The notes below the pieces were generated by a model that ran no database searches, was not told the origin of the DNA, and saw nothing but the letters and a program-made list of their open reading frames with translations. This document shows, one piece after another, positions 1 to 12,190 of a DNA stretch of 64,000 bases (positions within the stretch are counted from its first letter, which is position 1; the number at the start of each line of letters is the position of its first letter). The translations under genes and the position numbers were made by a program. Source of the stretch: Ruditapes philippinarum. Lineage: Eukaryota. The DNA lies in NCBI RefSeq assembly GCF_026571515.1, contig NW_026862330.1, forward strand, positions 248,001 through 312,000, in the 5' to 3' direction.

Positions 1-465
1 GCGTTATAAATACTCTCGGACGCTGTTTTGAAGAAGGCTAAACAGTAATATGCTTCATTTTCCAAAATAAAAGTACTGAAATACTTGGTTTGAAACGACA
101 CAAAATTGTTTTTTCAACAGAAATCAAAAGCTGAAGGCCGCTTTAATGAGCTATTAAAAGTGTTTATGAAATGAAGGGATTGTGTTTTTAATAAATTACA
201 CGTTGTTATCATGTATTTAATTATTCACCTTAAGAATCAGTCAACAATAGTCATTTAGAATTCCAAAAGAGAGTTGAAAGGATGGTAACATAAACCGAGT
301 TAAATACATTTATTGTTTTAAAATAAACAAATCATTTCGTATATAAGTTTATTCACTTGAAGACTAGTACACAAAGTGTGCAAGTATATGATAACTTTAG
401 GCCAAAAAATGAATAGTTATCTATACGAAAGTGAATTTTTAACATTATGCTCTTGTTTTTTTCAG

Positions 466-1028
466 GGCCAACATGTAGAAGAGGAGATCTGATAATCAAG
501 AAAGGTAAGCCGCAACTTTTAGGCGATAAAATTTGTGTTTGTGAAAGAAACTTTTACCCACGTGCGTTCTGTGTGACTGCGAATCCGTTCGAACGAAAAA
601 TAAAGAAGTTAATAGATCATAAATGCGTTGCCACGATAGAAGAACAAAAGAAAAAGTTTCATAAAGGAAAAGCCAAAGAGCCGGACAGTGGCGTAAGCAG
701 TGCAGGAAAGGGAAGTGGAAAGGGTAAAGGCTCTTCAAGCAAGAAAAGTAAAAGTTCGGGCAAAATGAGCGGAAAGTCTTCTAGCAAAAAGAGTAAAACT
801 TCGAGCAAAAAGGGTGGAAAGTCATCAAGCAAAAAGAGTAAAAGTTCGAGCAAAAAGTCATCTAGCAAAAATAGTAAAGGTTCGAGCAAAAAGAGCGGAA
901 AGTCATCAAGCAAAAAGAGTAAAAGTTCGAGCAAAAAGAGCGGAAAGTCATCAAGCAAAAAGAGTAAAAGTTCGAGCAATAAGTCATCCGGCAAAATCTC
1001 GGGAAGTAAAGGCAGTAACAAAAGTTAG
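466..1028 (+). CDS. Terminal coding exon of a VWC2/brorin-like (von Willebrand factor C domain) protein with a Lys/Ser-rich repeat tail; upstream exons not identified, probably outside the window
   Basis: Polypyrimidine tract and acceptor tttttttcag|466, phase 1. Reads GPTCRRGDLIIKKGKPQLLGDKICVCERNFYPRAFCV, matching the GPNC-x5-IIxxG...C-x-C...A-x-C pattern of the C-terminal VWC module of VWC2/VWC2L as I recall it. This is followed by ~110 aa of K/S/G repeats, a TAG stop at 1026-1028 and AATAAA at 1183-1188. Confidence 0.7.
730..1025 (+). repeat. Coding tandem repeat, 45-nt/15-aa unit (KSGKSSSKKSKSSSK), about 5-6 degenerate copies
   Basis: aagagcggaaagtcatcaagcaaaaagagtaaaagttcgagcaaa starts at 891 and recurs at 936; related units lie upstream. 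Confidence 0.9.
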
Positions 1029-1527
1029 GGCAGTAAAAGCTCGGCTTACAAATTCAAATAAAAAAGCGGAACTATTAGAAAAGATTAAGGCATGGCAAGA
1101 AGTAACAAACGAGTAATTTAACTCAATTTAAAACTTTAAAAACTGTGTCAAAATTGTTATTTAAATGATGTTATATATTAGCAATAAATGTATCGAAGCA
1201 TTTCTATTGTCTTAACTTCACTCACGTTATTCTGAATAGTAATGATATTTTGTAAATATGCTTCTTTTTATCAGTTTCCGTTCACTCCAGGTATCTTGAA
1301 TACAATATTTAAAATTTGTAAAATATTGTTAAATAAAAGATTTTGGTTTTAGTAATAGCTTATGTTTATACATGTAACAGTTTTGGTGTAAAAAGGAAAG
1401 AGGATTATACGAGAGTCGTCATGATTCAAAATTATCGTTCGTGATTTATACAACGAAAAACAATAAGAAGAGATAATATTTTTTCAATAAAGGGTAAAAA
1501 CACGCAACTGATGCTTGAGTACATGAA

Positions 1528-1750
1528 TAACATATTCAAGTTATAAAATGTTTATTTATAAACTCGAAAATATAAGCTCACCAGATGCTAGACTGTTTTT
1601 TATAACATATCCAAGCTATAGAATGCTTATTTATAACATTATAACATATTCACGTTATAGAATGCTTATGTATAGTTTATAACATAAACATGTAATAAAA
1701 TGCTTATTTATAACATATTCAAGTTATATAGAATAGTTATCAACTCGAAA
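1528..1750. repeat. Degenerate ~31-bp minisatellite (ataacatattcaagttatagaatgcttattt)
   Basis: Unit recurs at ~1528, 1603, 1641, 1680 and 1710. Confidence 0.7.
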
Positions 1751-3160
1751 ATATTAATCAATAATTTTGACCCAGGCGATAAGAGTTTGATTTATCTTCT
1801 TGTTGCCCTATTGTTCACGGACAATAGCATGTTTTAAAGGGAAAGAATTAATCGGTTATACGACGCATATAGTTTTCCCTTATATGATCTTTACGGTGTC
1901 GGTCAATCTGATTAAAATCAACACCTAATTAACGCTAAGCACTATGCTCTGACGGGCACCAATATGAGGTCACCTTCTAGTGACATATCTAGCAGGCAAT
2001 CATCGTTGGGCTTTCACAATTTTGAAAGCGATGCGGTTTCTAATTTTAACCTATGGAAAAGCGACACTGAGTGTTTAAGATTCACGATTTCAAATACAAA
2101 GCGTTGTCCTTAAAGCCGGTATGTATACTGGATAAACGGTCTTGCCTATTAAACGGAGTCTATTTTTCCAGTTTATTTGTTTCAAATTACTTCATACAAT
2201 TTCTTTTGTTCTTACAAAAATCAACAATTTCTTTCACAGACAGCGATATTTTGATGCTTTGTCTAATGCCGGTCTGTAAATTGCGGTTTGATTGCATGGC
2301 TATTAAAAGCTTTCTCGGCGAATCCGAATCAAAGTAAAGCCGAAACAGATACGATGGCGATCAGATCTTCATACAAGAAATATATTCTGTAAAACTGATC
2401 TTTACTCCGATTGCAATGATCTTTGAACTGCAAAACTGACGCAATTTTGTATAAACAAGCAAGTATGAAATATTCCGTCTAAGGAATAATTAAAATCCAT
2501 CCCGATTCTTATTTAATGAGCGGAATATAAATTAGCTATAAACACATTTGTTTTAAATTTAAGTTTTATACAAATCTTATACAGTCTACATCATATCATA
2601 ATTTCACAAAACACGCATACGATTGTTTATAAACATCTGATATACTATCATAAATGTAATTTTCAGTTTAAATCATAAGTCATTTATGCAATTTAAATCT
2701 ATTTCACTTACAGTATCTTATTATTTGTTTCGTTTGGTAAAAATTGTACATATTCTTAGAAGAAATAACGAGAAGATTCAAGAAATGGAATTACATAATA
2801 ATGATTACTCATGTAAAATGTGCAAATCACAAATTGATAAATATCATACGAATCTTCTTCTTTTATCAAACTTCTACCTGAACAATAGAGCTAATGATTC
2901 TTCTTATAAGGGAAATTTCCCGAATATTGTTTATCACTTGACCTTCGGTCATGAAGATAGTATTTCAATTCTACATAAAAATTATTAGTATCCCGACAGG
3001 AAAGCATGGCGAATGGCGTATCCTGCAGGTGCCCCAATTGAAGTTTTTGTTCTCAATTTTATTAGTAAGTGGTATTCAACTTTCCGTTCTGATTGGCTAT
3101 CGTCAAGCGGCGTGAGGGTAAAAATGGTAAAATCTTGTTAAAAATTGTCTATTTGGTCAG

Positions 3161-5889
3161 CTAGAAAGTGCGTTTACAAGAACAATATGTTGGCAATTCG
3201 AACTGATCAAACATCAACTTTTTAATATCTGTATCATATACAAGTAATGATAGAACGACATACTCCATAACACACTTTCCACAGGAATTCCCGCCATTTC
3301 TGAAAATATACATTGTCATTATTTAGAATTTAAGTTAAATAAGAGCTGCAAAATAAATATATGGGATAGGAAAATAAAAAACTAGCAGTAAGGAAGACAG
3401 TGATTAAAATATTCGTAATCAATAATTTTGACTAGACATTACAAAATTATCATCGCGTTAATATTATCTTAAAATAGCTTATAAGTTAAACACCAATGAT
3501 TTCAAAACTTATGATATACTCACGAGTTGTAACACTCCCCATATGGTACCCATTGATACGATGGCGGATTACCACTTGTCAAATGTACGATTGCTCTCTC
3601 TTTATTATTAGTGTTATTCAAATGTTGTTCCCGTTTTGTCCTGTGAATACTAAGAAACAAAAATCATTTAGAAACAAAAGCTATATGCAAATCTATGCGC
3701 TGTGTTTGAAAGGAAAGAAATTTTAGAAGAGACGACCAAGTGCTTACCATATTAGTGTGATTTTAAGCCTTTTTAGGACCTGAACATGGTAAACTTTCAT
3801 TATTTTCAGTGTCCAATAACATTTTCACAAAAATACTACTCATTAGCTATATCTATGTACTATAATTAACATATTTTGCATTAGGGCCGATAATAAAATA
3901 TTGTGATTAAGTTTAGAAGTCAAATTAATATTTTGACTTCTTTAATGGTATTTTTTCACAATCAGCGCTACTTTAAAAACATTATAAGCATGTAACATAT
4001 TTGTTTACCAATCAATTAACTTGAAATGTAACTTTTATATGTAAGTGATTAAATAAAAGACTTTGGAAATTGTTTTGCAATGCTCCAAAATTCTGTTTTT
4101 CTGTTGTTTTTATTAAATAAACAAAGATATGGTATCAGGGCCTACAGTTGATGAGATGCTTTTCACTAAGTCGATTTATTTTTATTCGCATTAATGAGAT
4201 GTTTTTGCACATCTCAATAAAAGCTTCCGTAACTGACAAAGATGAGGACAAAGATGGGGATTTTTTTAGGCATTGCAACTTTACTTTTCTCGATATACTT
4301 GATGCTTTTGTCTCTTCGATAAAAATCAGGTGAAAAAAATTACACTTCGTTATTTCACGACTTTGCTGAAATATTTAGTAAGACGCAAAGACGTTACTCG
4401 CATTGACAAATAGTTCACGTAATTCAACAAGTGTTTTCGCAATGATTAAATAACTTCTACGTATTACCTATTAATCATTACATGTTCATGGGATATTTTT
4501 TTGTCAAAACGAGAAGAGACAAGTTTACATGACATAAAACGTTTTGGTAAGTGGAAGCCCTGATAAGCTTCCGTAGGTCTTGATATTATACGACTATAAC
4601 AAAGCAAGATCTTTTCCTACTTTACGACATTTACAATAGTAAAGATACTAATAGACGATCTTGGACTCAAAAATGACATTTCTTAGTAAAAAAATTGAAT
4701 ATGTTGATTTCGAACAAATCAATAAAAATATAGTTGCAATAATTTTGATATAGTGAAGTTTATTACATATGAGATTTTTCTATAAAATACAGAATTTATT
4801 TTCATCAATTATGATAATATGAATTTCAAGAGTTGCGGCAGCCACGAGTGAATATGATAGTTTTCATACCACAAGATAAAATCAATTCTGTATTTACAGA
4901 AAAAAATCTTTATTTTTCTGTTTATTATATACCTTTTTTATTTTGTGAATAGGCTGAATTAAGAATAACATAGTCCGACATTGCTAAAGGAAACCAGTGA
5001 AAAATAAAAATAACTTTAAAAGTGAAAATACAGAAAAAGAAAAGACGCATTTTATTTCATCAATATTTCTCAATATTTCTTTTATTAGTATATAACAAAT
5101 ATATATATTTACGTGATACAGCATGAATCACCATCACCCTGTTTACGAAGAATAACGTCAACGTCATTTACACCTTGCTGACGCAAATATTTCGATCTTG
5201 ATTCCTGAAATATATATTCCTTCTTTTCGATTTCTTCCTTGGTATAGAAAAGTCCCGTATACGTCTTCATAAGCTCAAAAGGACTGAAAAAATGTACTAA
5301 ATACTGTAAAAATCTTGAAATGGAATGATATCTCGGTAGGAATGAAATCAAAATAATGGTTATGAAAATTGTAGATTTGTTTTTGTGGCAAATTATAAAG
5401 AACATGATTTTTATGACAGATGATAATATGAAGTGAAATATAAAGTTTGCGAAATATTAGATTCTGATTCAGATATAAAATATTTTTTATATATGTTAAG
5501 CAATAACATTATTTGATATCTGAACAGCCAATTAAAATTCATTGTCATGTAAATCCTAATATATTTCAATATAAGACTAAGGTCAAATTATGAATAAGTT
5601 ATTTCAGAAACTAGAAGGTTGAAACTGAAAAATAAAAAATATGACTATTAAAATCAATTCTTATTTCACCAAAACATTGCTGATTTCAACCTTCTTCTAT
5701 AAAAGCTAACAAATCAGCAAAATTTAGTAAATACCTGTATTTTTCACACCATGGTTCCGCACACTTTTTAAACTCTAACACAGTTTCTTCTTTTGCTGTT
5801 GACTTCGTGTTCTGTGTAGCAGATAAGCTGGTGCTTGTATAGAAACACTCCAGTATCAGTATAAAAATAATAACATGTTCCATGGTCAT
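3161..5889 (-). CDS. Spaetzle-like secreted cystine-knot protein, paralog A (196 aa, 4 exons)
   Basis: Exons 5889-5735, 5283-5113, 3649-3524 and 3299-3161 (155+171+126+139=591 nt), all GT-AG and phase 2, open frame throughout. Signal MTMEHVIIFILILECFYTSTSLS; CAEPWCEKY; knot GDGDSCCITIHRTKREQHLNNTNNKERAIVHLTSGNPPSYQWVPYGECYNSNGGNSCGKCVMEYVVLSLLVYDTDIKKLMFDQFELPTYCSCKRTF*. Alternative ATG at 5883 and an alternative in-frame exon-3 acceptor 9 nt downstream. Confidence 0.85.
4128..4575. mobile_element. Non-autonomous IS3EU-type MITE (~450 bp) in intron 2 of paralog A
   Basis: Ends ccctgataagcttccgta at 4575. The body is the reverse complement of the split MITE at 14194-14400 plus 30300-30565. 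The left terminus is eroded (tatggtatcaggg). Confidence 0.75.
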
Positions 5890-7098
5890 AGTATGGCCAA
5901 ATCTGGGTCTTAACAATCTTTCGACAACAGTCAAAAGAATTTAACAAGTTGCCTTTTCAAAAATTTTTAAATGCATTTGCTGAAACAGCAAACAGCCTTG
6001 TTTATAAATATAAGTAACGCCATTATCATTATAATCTGTATAACAACTTCCGTCGTCAACAATAATATTTCCGGTAAGAATCCTGTATGTTCAAGATCTG
6101 TTTGGTTTCAAAGTAATTAGATCTGCAAACGATAGTGCAATTAGTAGAAACAATTAAAATCTTAAGAACGTGTCATACACTTAGAATATCTAATGCGTAT
6201 TTTTCATCACAAAAGGAAAATCTGTACATTAATTTTGATTTAAGGATATTTCCATAAAATTTAATTTTCCCACAGTGAATTTTTTTCAACATTAATGTGT
6301 AAATAATACAGTTTTTTCGACTGCATACTATTGTCACAATCAAACATGAAATATAGCGAAATAAAAGCTTAGACAGTATATGCCACTAAGTGACGAGCAC
6401 CCGCTAAGCAAACAAGAAGGTCGAGAAAAGACAAATCCAGTTGCATTTACGATGCCGGCGTGAAGTATAATACATATAGTAGTATCAAATGATAACGCAA
6501 GTTTGCTCATTGAAGACGCTGTTCTTAATAGTGTAATACAATGTTTGTCTATGTTTAATTACTGTTAACTTAACAGAATATGTTAAGAATACACATTTTA
6601 CAAGACTGTTTATGGATAATACCATTCCATATATACGTTAAGATGGGAGTCACTTAGTGGCTAGTTTTCCTTTATTTAGGTTATTCTGAAACGTATTAAG
6701 TAACCGGACACTATTCCCTTAAAATATCCATGCCTCTTTCTAAATTCTGTATGTTCCAACCATTACTACTATTTGCTTCACTGATGGATCTGAAATGCCT
6801 TCATGTACACTGTATTTAAACTTTTAGTATCAACTTCATCCTGTTCAATACTCAATTTTTGACTTTGTCCTCTCTGAGTTTCACCATAAAAACCATGCAA
6901 TTTTCGAGTCATTGATCATTGTCATTGTGAAAACTAACAATAAAAGACAACACACACACATGATTCTGAATCAGATTTAATAGTTCAACCACTAAGTAAA
7001 ACCTCTACTTTCATATTACATAACGATGTAGATAGGCTTATCAACAATTGTTTTCTTTTACATAAATACAGACTTTGTCGTTTGGTCTAAATGTTCAT

Positions 7099-10000
7099 TT
7101 ATCCTGATACTCTTTTGCAGGAGCAATATGTTGGAACTAAGAGCTGATCAAATGTCAGTTGCCGTCGTATTGTATCATATACAAGAACAGTTCTAACAGT
7201 GTCCTCTAATACACATAATCCGTCACATTTCCTCTTTCCTCTGAAATACATGTAGGAATTATATCACCACGTGTACACTATACCACAACACAGCATACAT
7301 TTAGTTGTGTTTATGAAATGAAGTTCTATTAAAAGCAATATTAACATACGGCAACTGAATATATACTAATAATATAACAAATGACTTATCATTATGGTTG
7401 TTGTTGTAGTGATAGAATATCATTTAAAATTTTGTTAAAATGTACACTTGTTAGAATATTAGATTACAGAACGTCGCTGGTTTTACTCAGAAATATTGCA
7501 CGGAAGAGCATCTGAGGTCTTTCACCTAAATTATTATATAAAAAGTTGCACGCAACATAGTTGTACAGCAGACCATCACCTTTTGTAATACATAATTTAA
7601 AATAACATCAAGGTTCTGATTGTGGCGCTGTAATTAAACAATTTTTTTTTATTTTCTCATCATTTTCAGTTTTACATGTACCCGTATAAAAACATAAATG
7701 GAAATACATTTTACATACTAGTTTATAGTAGTTTGATATGGCATTATACGACTCATTTAGGCGCCTTTTTACGAAAACATAGTGTCCAAGATCAATTTAA
7801 AACGTAAAACTAAATAGATATATTTCAAAATAGACAAAATCTTCTTCAAACCAACACTTACATGCATTTAGCTTGTGTTATATACTGATACTTTGGTTGC
7901 GGAGCACTTGTAAGATGAACAATATGGCGTGTCTGTCCGAAGATATTTTGCATTGTATATTGTATGTGTGTACTCTGTTTTCTGGAAAAGAAAGTTATTT
8001 TATCAATGAATCACTTGTGTCGTAGAACTGTATTCGACACTCAGAACCCGATTGACTTCGTTTAAATCATCTTAAAACATTTAACTGAGCATATTTGTAT
8101 ACTGACAAACAAAACATTAAAATACAATTTTTTTATTGTTATACTTTATTTCGATTCATGTTTTACTGATTTGGAAAGTAATTAATTCTCATATAGCAAG
8201 ATTTACTCATCAGTGTGGGGAATATGTTTAAAAGTCATCTAGAAAGCAATGGGCTGGCTAGTTGCTTATTTCTAACTACGTGAGACATTTTTCCTCCTAA
8301 CCAGGGCATCATGTGTTCCAGCCCTACACATGTTTATTCTTACAAACATTTTTTATAATCTAGATACTTACAAAGTAATATAAGTTTTATTTAAGCATGA
8401 TTACATACGTAACACAGCATGAGTCACCATCACCCTGGGATCCATCAATCTGTCCTAAATTTTTTATACCTTCCTTATACAGAATATAATCTCTATCTAT
8501 GTCAAACATGAATTGTTGTAAAAACAGCTCGTATTCTGTCATGAACAACCCTTTGTACATTTGGTGTACCTCAGATAAACTGAAATGATGAAACGCAATG
8601 ACCAAGTGTTCTAATTTACATTTCTATAAATGTTTTCCTGTAATAAATACATGTTTGAAACTAGGCATAAATCAATTTATCACACACCCGTGCCGATTTT
8701 GCGACTCCGTAAAAATGGTATTGCACGGCCGTGCATATATTTTGACGTGAAATATCATGCTCGCCAGAGGCTCGCATAATATATTTTTGTTCAACTTGTT
8801 CAATAAATTCAGTATTGAACTTACACTCATTCAATATCCTATATATACTACCAGTTAATCTAAAACAATGTACGTATAGCTCATGTTATCCTATTTGTAT
8901 ACTAATTAATATTTTGTAGACATATTTTGTAAAAAAGAAACAAAACAAAAGACATTGCAATATTATAAAGTTGCATAATTATCATTTAGAGTTTTATTCT
9001 ATCAAACATTTTTTTAAGACGTCATTGAAATTGAAATGAATTGGATCCAAACTCCCGCATGAAATAAGTTTTGTAGGGTAGTGTATTTTTATTGAGTTTC
9101 ATATTGCTTTATTTTATACCTTTAGAAATATGCACTAATTTGGCTTTTCATAGAACGGCGGCTTTAGTAAGAAAGAAAACGCAAATTGGGAGAGTTCGGT
9201 AATTGTTGTATAACTTTCAATCGTTTAAATAAATCTTTTAAAAGAAGTAGTCGGATATAACTTAAGTAAACAGTCGCTTTGAACCAGCTGTTATCAGGAC
9301 GAACATGCTTTGATTTCGCACTTAAAGTGATAAGTTACTTCCACGAAAGGATTATTAATCGTTCAAATTAATCTCTTTCCTTGCCCACCGATTTTGATAA
9401 TAACCTTGATTAATTAATAGGAATTTGAGGGCGGCTTTAGTGGGATTTTAATTATTAGATATTTTCCATGAAAGGGGTAGAAAAATATGTCTTCATTTCA
9501 TCGTTTGGTACTATAATAAATCGATCAAATAACTTATTAAAACATTTATTACTGTAATAAAATTGTACCTTAATCGATTGTTAGTGCAAACGGTGTATTA
9601 ATAGAGGTCACAAGACATTAGGCTAAACAAAAATAATAATGTAGTGTATACTAGTATCTGTTACATTAAAGAAAAAAAAGACACGAAAAATCTCAAATGA
9701 CAAATTTGTATATAAAACTGTTCCATTACAATGACTTTTCTGGTGATATAAACTAAACAACAGGGATACCATAATTAATGTGAGACACCTTGAAAAACGA
9801 ATTTATATAGAATGTAGATAACGACAAAACAGTTGATTTTGTATGATTTTGTTTTGATATTTTCATTTTTTTCATGAAAAATTAATTTCATGGTATATAT
9901 AAACAAATTATAAAATATCAAAAGTCGAATTATAACCTAAGGAGGTCGTACTCGTTTTAATCGGCTGCTTAATAAGTTTATGACAAGGAGGAATTGTATC

Positions 10001-10668
10001 ACCAATTTGATTTTCTGTATATTAAAATGATTTGTATTTCTTTTTTTCAATTTTATTTTTTCGTTTTTACCGAAGTTTACAATTATTGACAAAGAACGTA
10101 ATTCTTAATTGATCTGAAAATTTGCTAACAAGTTCTTCATTCCGACCATTATCAAATGTTACACAAACCTAGTAAAATGTCTCAAATCCCGTCATGTCAT
10201 AAAACCTCAGCGAGGATTTAGATAAAAAAAAAACACTACAAAACACTAGATATCAATCAATTTAATAATTAAAACCTAGGAGAATAACGGCGATTTTGAC
10301 TTTTTGGCTCTTGGTGAAATTTTTCATTGAAATTATAACCACACTAATAGTCGGAAGCAGAGATAACCACGACATTAACCTAAAAGTGCATGGATAGCTG
10401 AAAGGAAAGTAAATAGCTTAGTTACTCATATCTTCCCGGTCAGTCAATGTTAATTACAAAGATAACAAATAACTGGTGTACTATAGAAGTGCCAAACGAC
10501 ATTAAAATACCTGTATGATTCACACCATATGTCTGTGCAGTCTTTTTCTATCTCCTTCTCTCCATCTGTATCCATATTTATAACATCAATGCCCTGATTA
10601 CCATCACCAGTGGGTAGGCAATAAACTCTAAAAACTATTAAATAACAAGCAAATAAAATAATATGCAT
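7099..10668 (-). CDS. Spaetzle-like secreted cystine-knot protein, paralog B (196 aa, 4 exons)
   Basis: Exons 10668-10511, 8579-8409, 7981-7862 and 7240-7099 (158+171+120+142=591 nt), GT-AG, phase 2. Signal MHIILFACYLIVFRVYC; CTDIWCESY; knot GDGDSCCVTKQSTHIQYTMQNIFGQTRHIVHLTSAPQPKYQYITQAKCIGKRKCDGLCVLEDTVRTVLVYDTIRRQLTFDQLLVPTYCSCKRVSG*. Confidence 0.87.
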
Positions 10669-10939
10669 ATTTCTTATTTTTGCTTGACACTATTGTCTTT
10701 AATATCAAAAACTTTATTTTTTGATACAAACCAACTATATAGTAAATGAATTAAATCATCTTCTTAATTATTATATGTGATAAAATCAGATAAAGTAGTT
10801 AGTATCCGGAAACAATTTTCAAATGTTTATGAACGTGACATATAGACTTGATTAACTTGTTGAGAAAAAAAAACAAACAAAGTAAACAAACATTTATCAT
10901 GAAGTGACCAAGCTCGTGCAACTTTTGGCCAGCAAGCGG

Positions 10940-11120
10940 TAACTGTAACGGTAACCCATGCAATCAGTGCTGACCAAGATCAGAAAGTACATCTATGCAG
11001 TCTGATCAATGTCGTCCCTGTTTGCTATTTAGTCAATAAATGCTTTTTAAATTTTTGCTACAAATGGTGAAAGGTTTTTGTCCAGATTGAAAGATAGTCA
11101 AGTCCGGTGGCAAAGGTTAA
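10940..11120. mobile_element. Short MITE-like dispersed repeat ending in ggttaa; related copy at ~37485-37670
   Basis: Shared blocks cagtg..gacc/aaagaccag, tctgatc..ctg..gctatt.agtca and tttgtc...ttgaaagat..caagtcc in both copies. The TTAA end suggests piggyBac derivation (inference). Confidence 0.45.
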
Positions 11121-11229
11121 TGACCGTGGGTTTTATACAATATCAACCAGCAGGCGTAAGACATTATATTAATACGTCCTTTTTGAAATTTAGTTTAAAA
11201 ATGTAAATTATTGATTAAAAGTACGAGTT

Positions 11230-12190
11230 CAAAAATACCATTTTCTGTATGTTTTAATACATCTCTGCCTAATATTGGTAAAATCTTAAATAAATATTGG
11301 GATCTATTATTTTTATCTGATTAGAAAGCGTTAAAAATGTGCATACCAAGTTCAAAACTATTTTAGCTTATAGACGTCATAAAATATTCGAGATTATCTT
11401 ATGAGAAGTGCTTTACTTGATCGCACATTTTATCTAGCCAATGTTTACGCAGTAGATGTTCACATTGTAAAAATATAATTGTTGGTTCACAATTTCATAG
11501 CATTACAGGTCGTTCTTTTGATTTACACAATGAAGTTAACTGTGCTATGCGTGATGTAATTTACCTCATCACATGTAAAGGCTGTAATAAGCAATACGTA
11601 GGCCAAACTAATCAAAATGTATCTTGCAGAATGAATAAACATAGATTTGATATAAGAAATTGTAATGTAAATCCAGTTTCACATTTTTGCGATCCATTTT
11701 GGATCACCCGAAAATAAGTGTTCATTGTCAGATTTTTCATTTTTGCCGATAGAAATTACAGATAACAACATGGACCGGTTATGTAAAGAGTCCTTTTGGA
11801 TTCATAAATAAAATACTGTACTATGATTCCAAATGGACTTAACAATAAAGTATTTTTGACATGAATATTAATATGTTTGCCTATTATCTTATTTTTATTA
11901 ACACTGTCTAATAGACATCTGTATCACTATTGATCCATTTTAATTCATATACCAGCTTTATTTATAACATAAATATTTGTTTCTACATGTTAGATCATAT
12001 TTTTGCCGCTAAACGCCGTAACGTTTTTCGCGCGATTTACGCATGCTCCGTTATGACGTCGCTTCCGGTAATTTTATTATGTTTTGCACTGATGAAGGCA
12101 TATAGCCGAAACTTATGCAATAAATAATTACTGAACATTCGTGTTTGTGTGGCTTGTCTGTTTAAATTATTGATTGTAACTTCTCTTAAA
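11230..12190 (+). mobile_element. 5'-truncated, decayed Penelope-like retroelement (RT C-terminus, Zn-knuckle linker, GIY-YIG endonuclease, 3' pLTR with hammerhead)
   Basis: Manual translation gives KIPFSVCFNTSLPNIGKILNKYW... AYRRHK..RDYLMRS... CLRSRCSHC... NCAMRDVIYLITCKGCNKQYVGQTNQNVSCRMNKHRFDI... HF... LPIE... RLCKESFWIHK*NT..PNGLN, with frameshifts and stops. These are the hallmark PLE GIY-YIG motifs (VIY-x-C..YVG-T..R..H..E..WI..PNGLN). Confidence 0.88.
12084..12120 (+). ncRNA. Minimal type I hammerhead ribozyme of the Penelope-like element
   Basis: ttgca-CTGATGA-a-ggc(atata)gcc-GAAA-ct-TA-tgcaa: stem I ttgca/tgcaa, conserved CUGAUGA and GAAA core, 3-bp stem II and a vestigial stem III. 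It sits in the PLE 3' region just before AATAAA. Confidence 0.75.

Noticed and set aside
659-1116. ORFs 659-1021 (-, poly-Leu/Phe) and 814-1116 (+, RVKVRAK repeats)
   Set aside because: Shadow frames of the K/S coding repeat. Only the 447-1028 frame connects to a splice acceptor and a Cys domain.
7500-7630. Possible exon 3 of paralog B after the acceptor-like ttacag near 7628
   Set aside because: It has an in-frame stop and no family motifs. The real exon 3 is 7981-7862.
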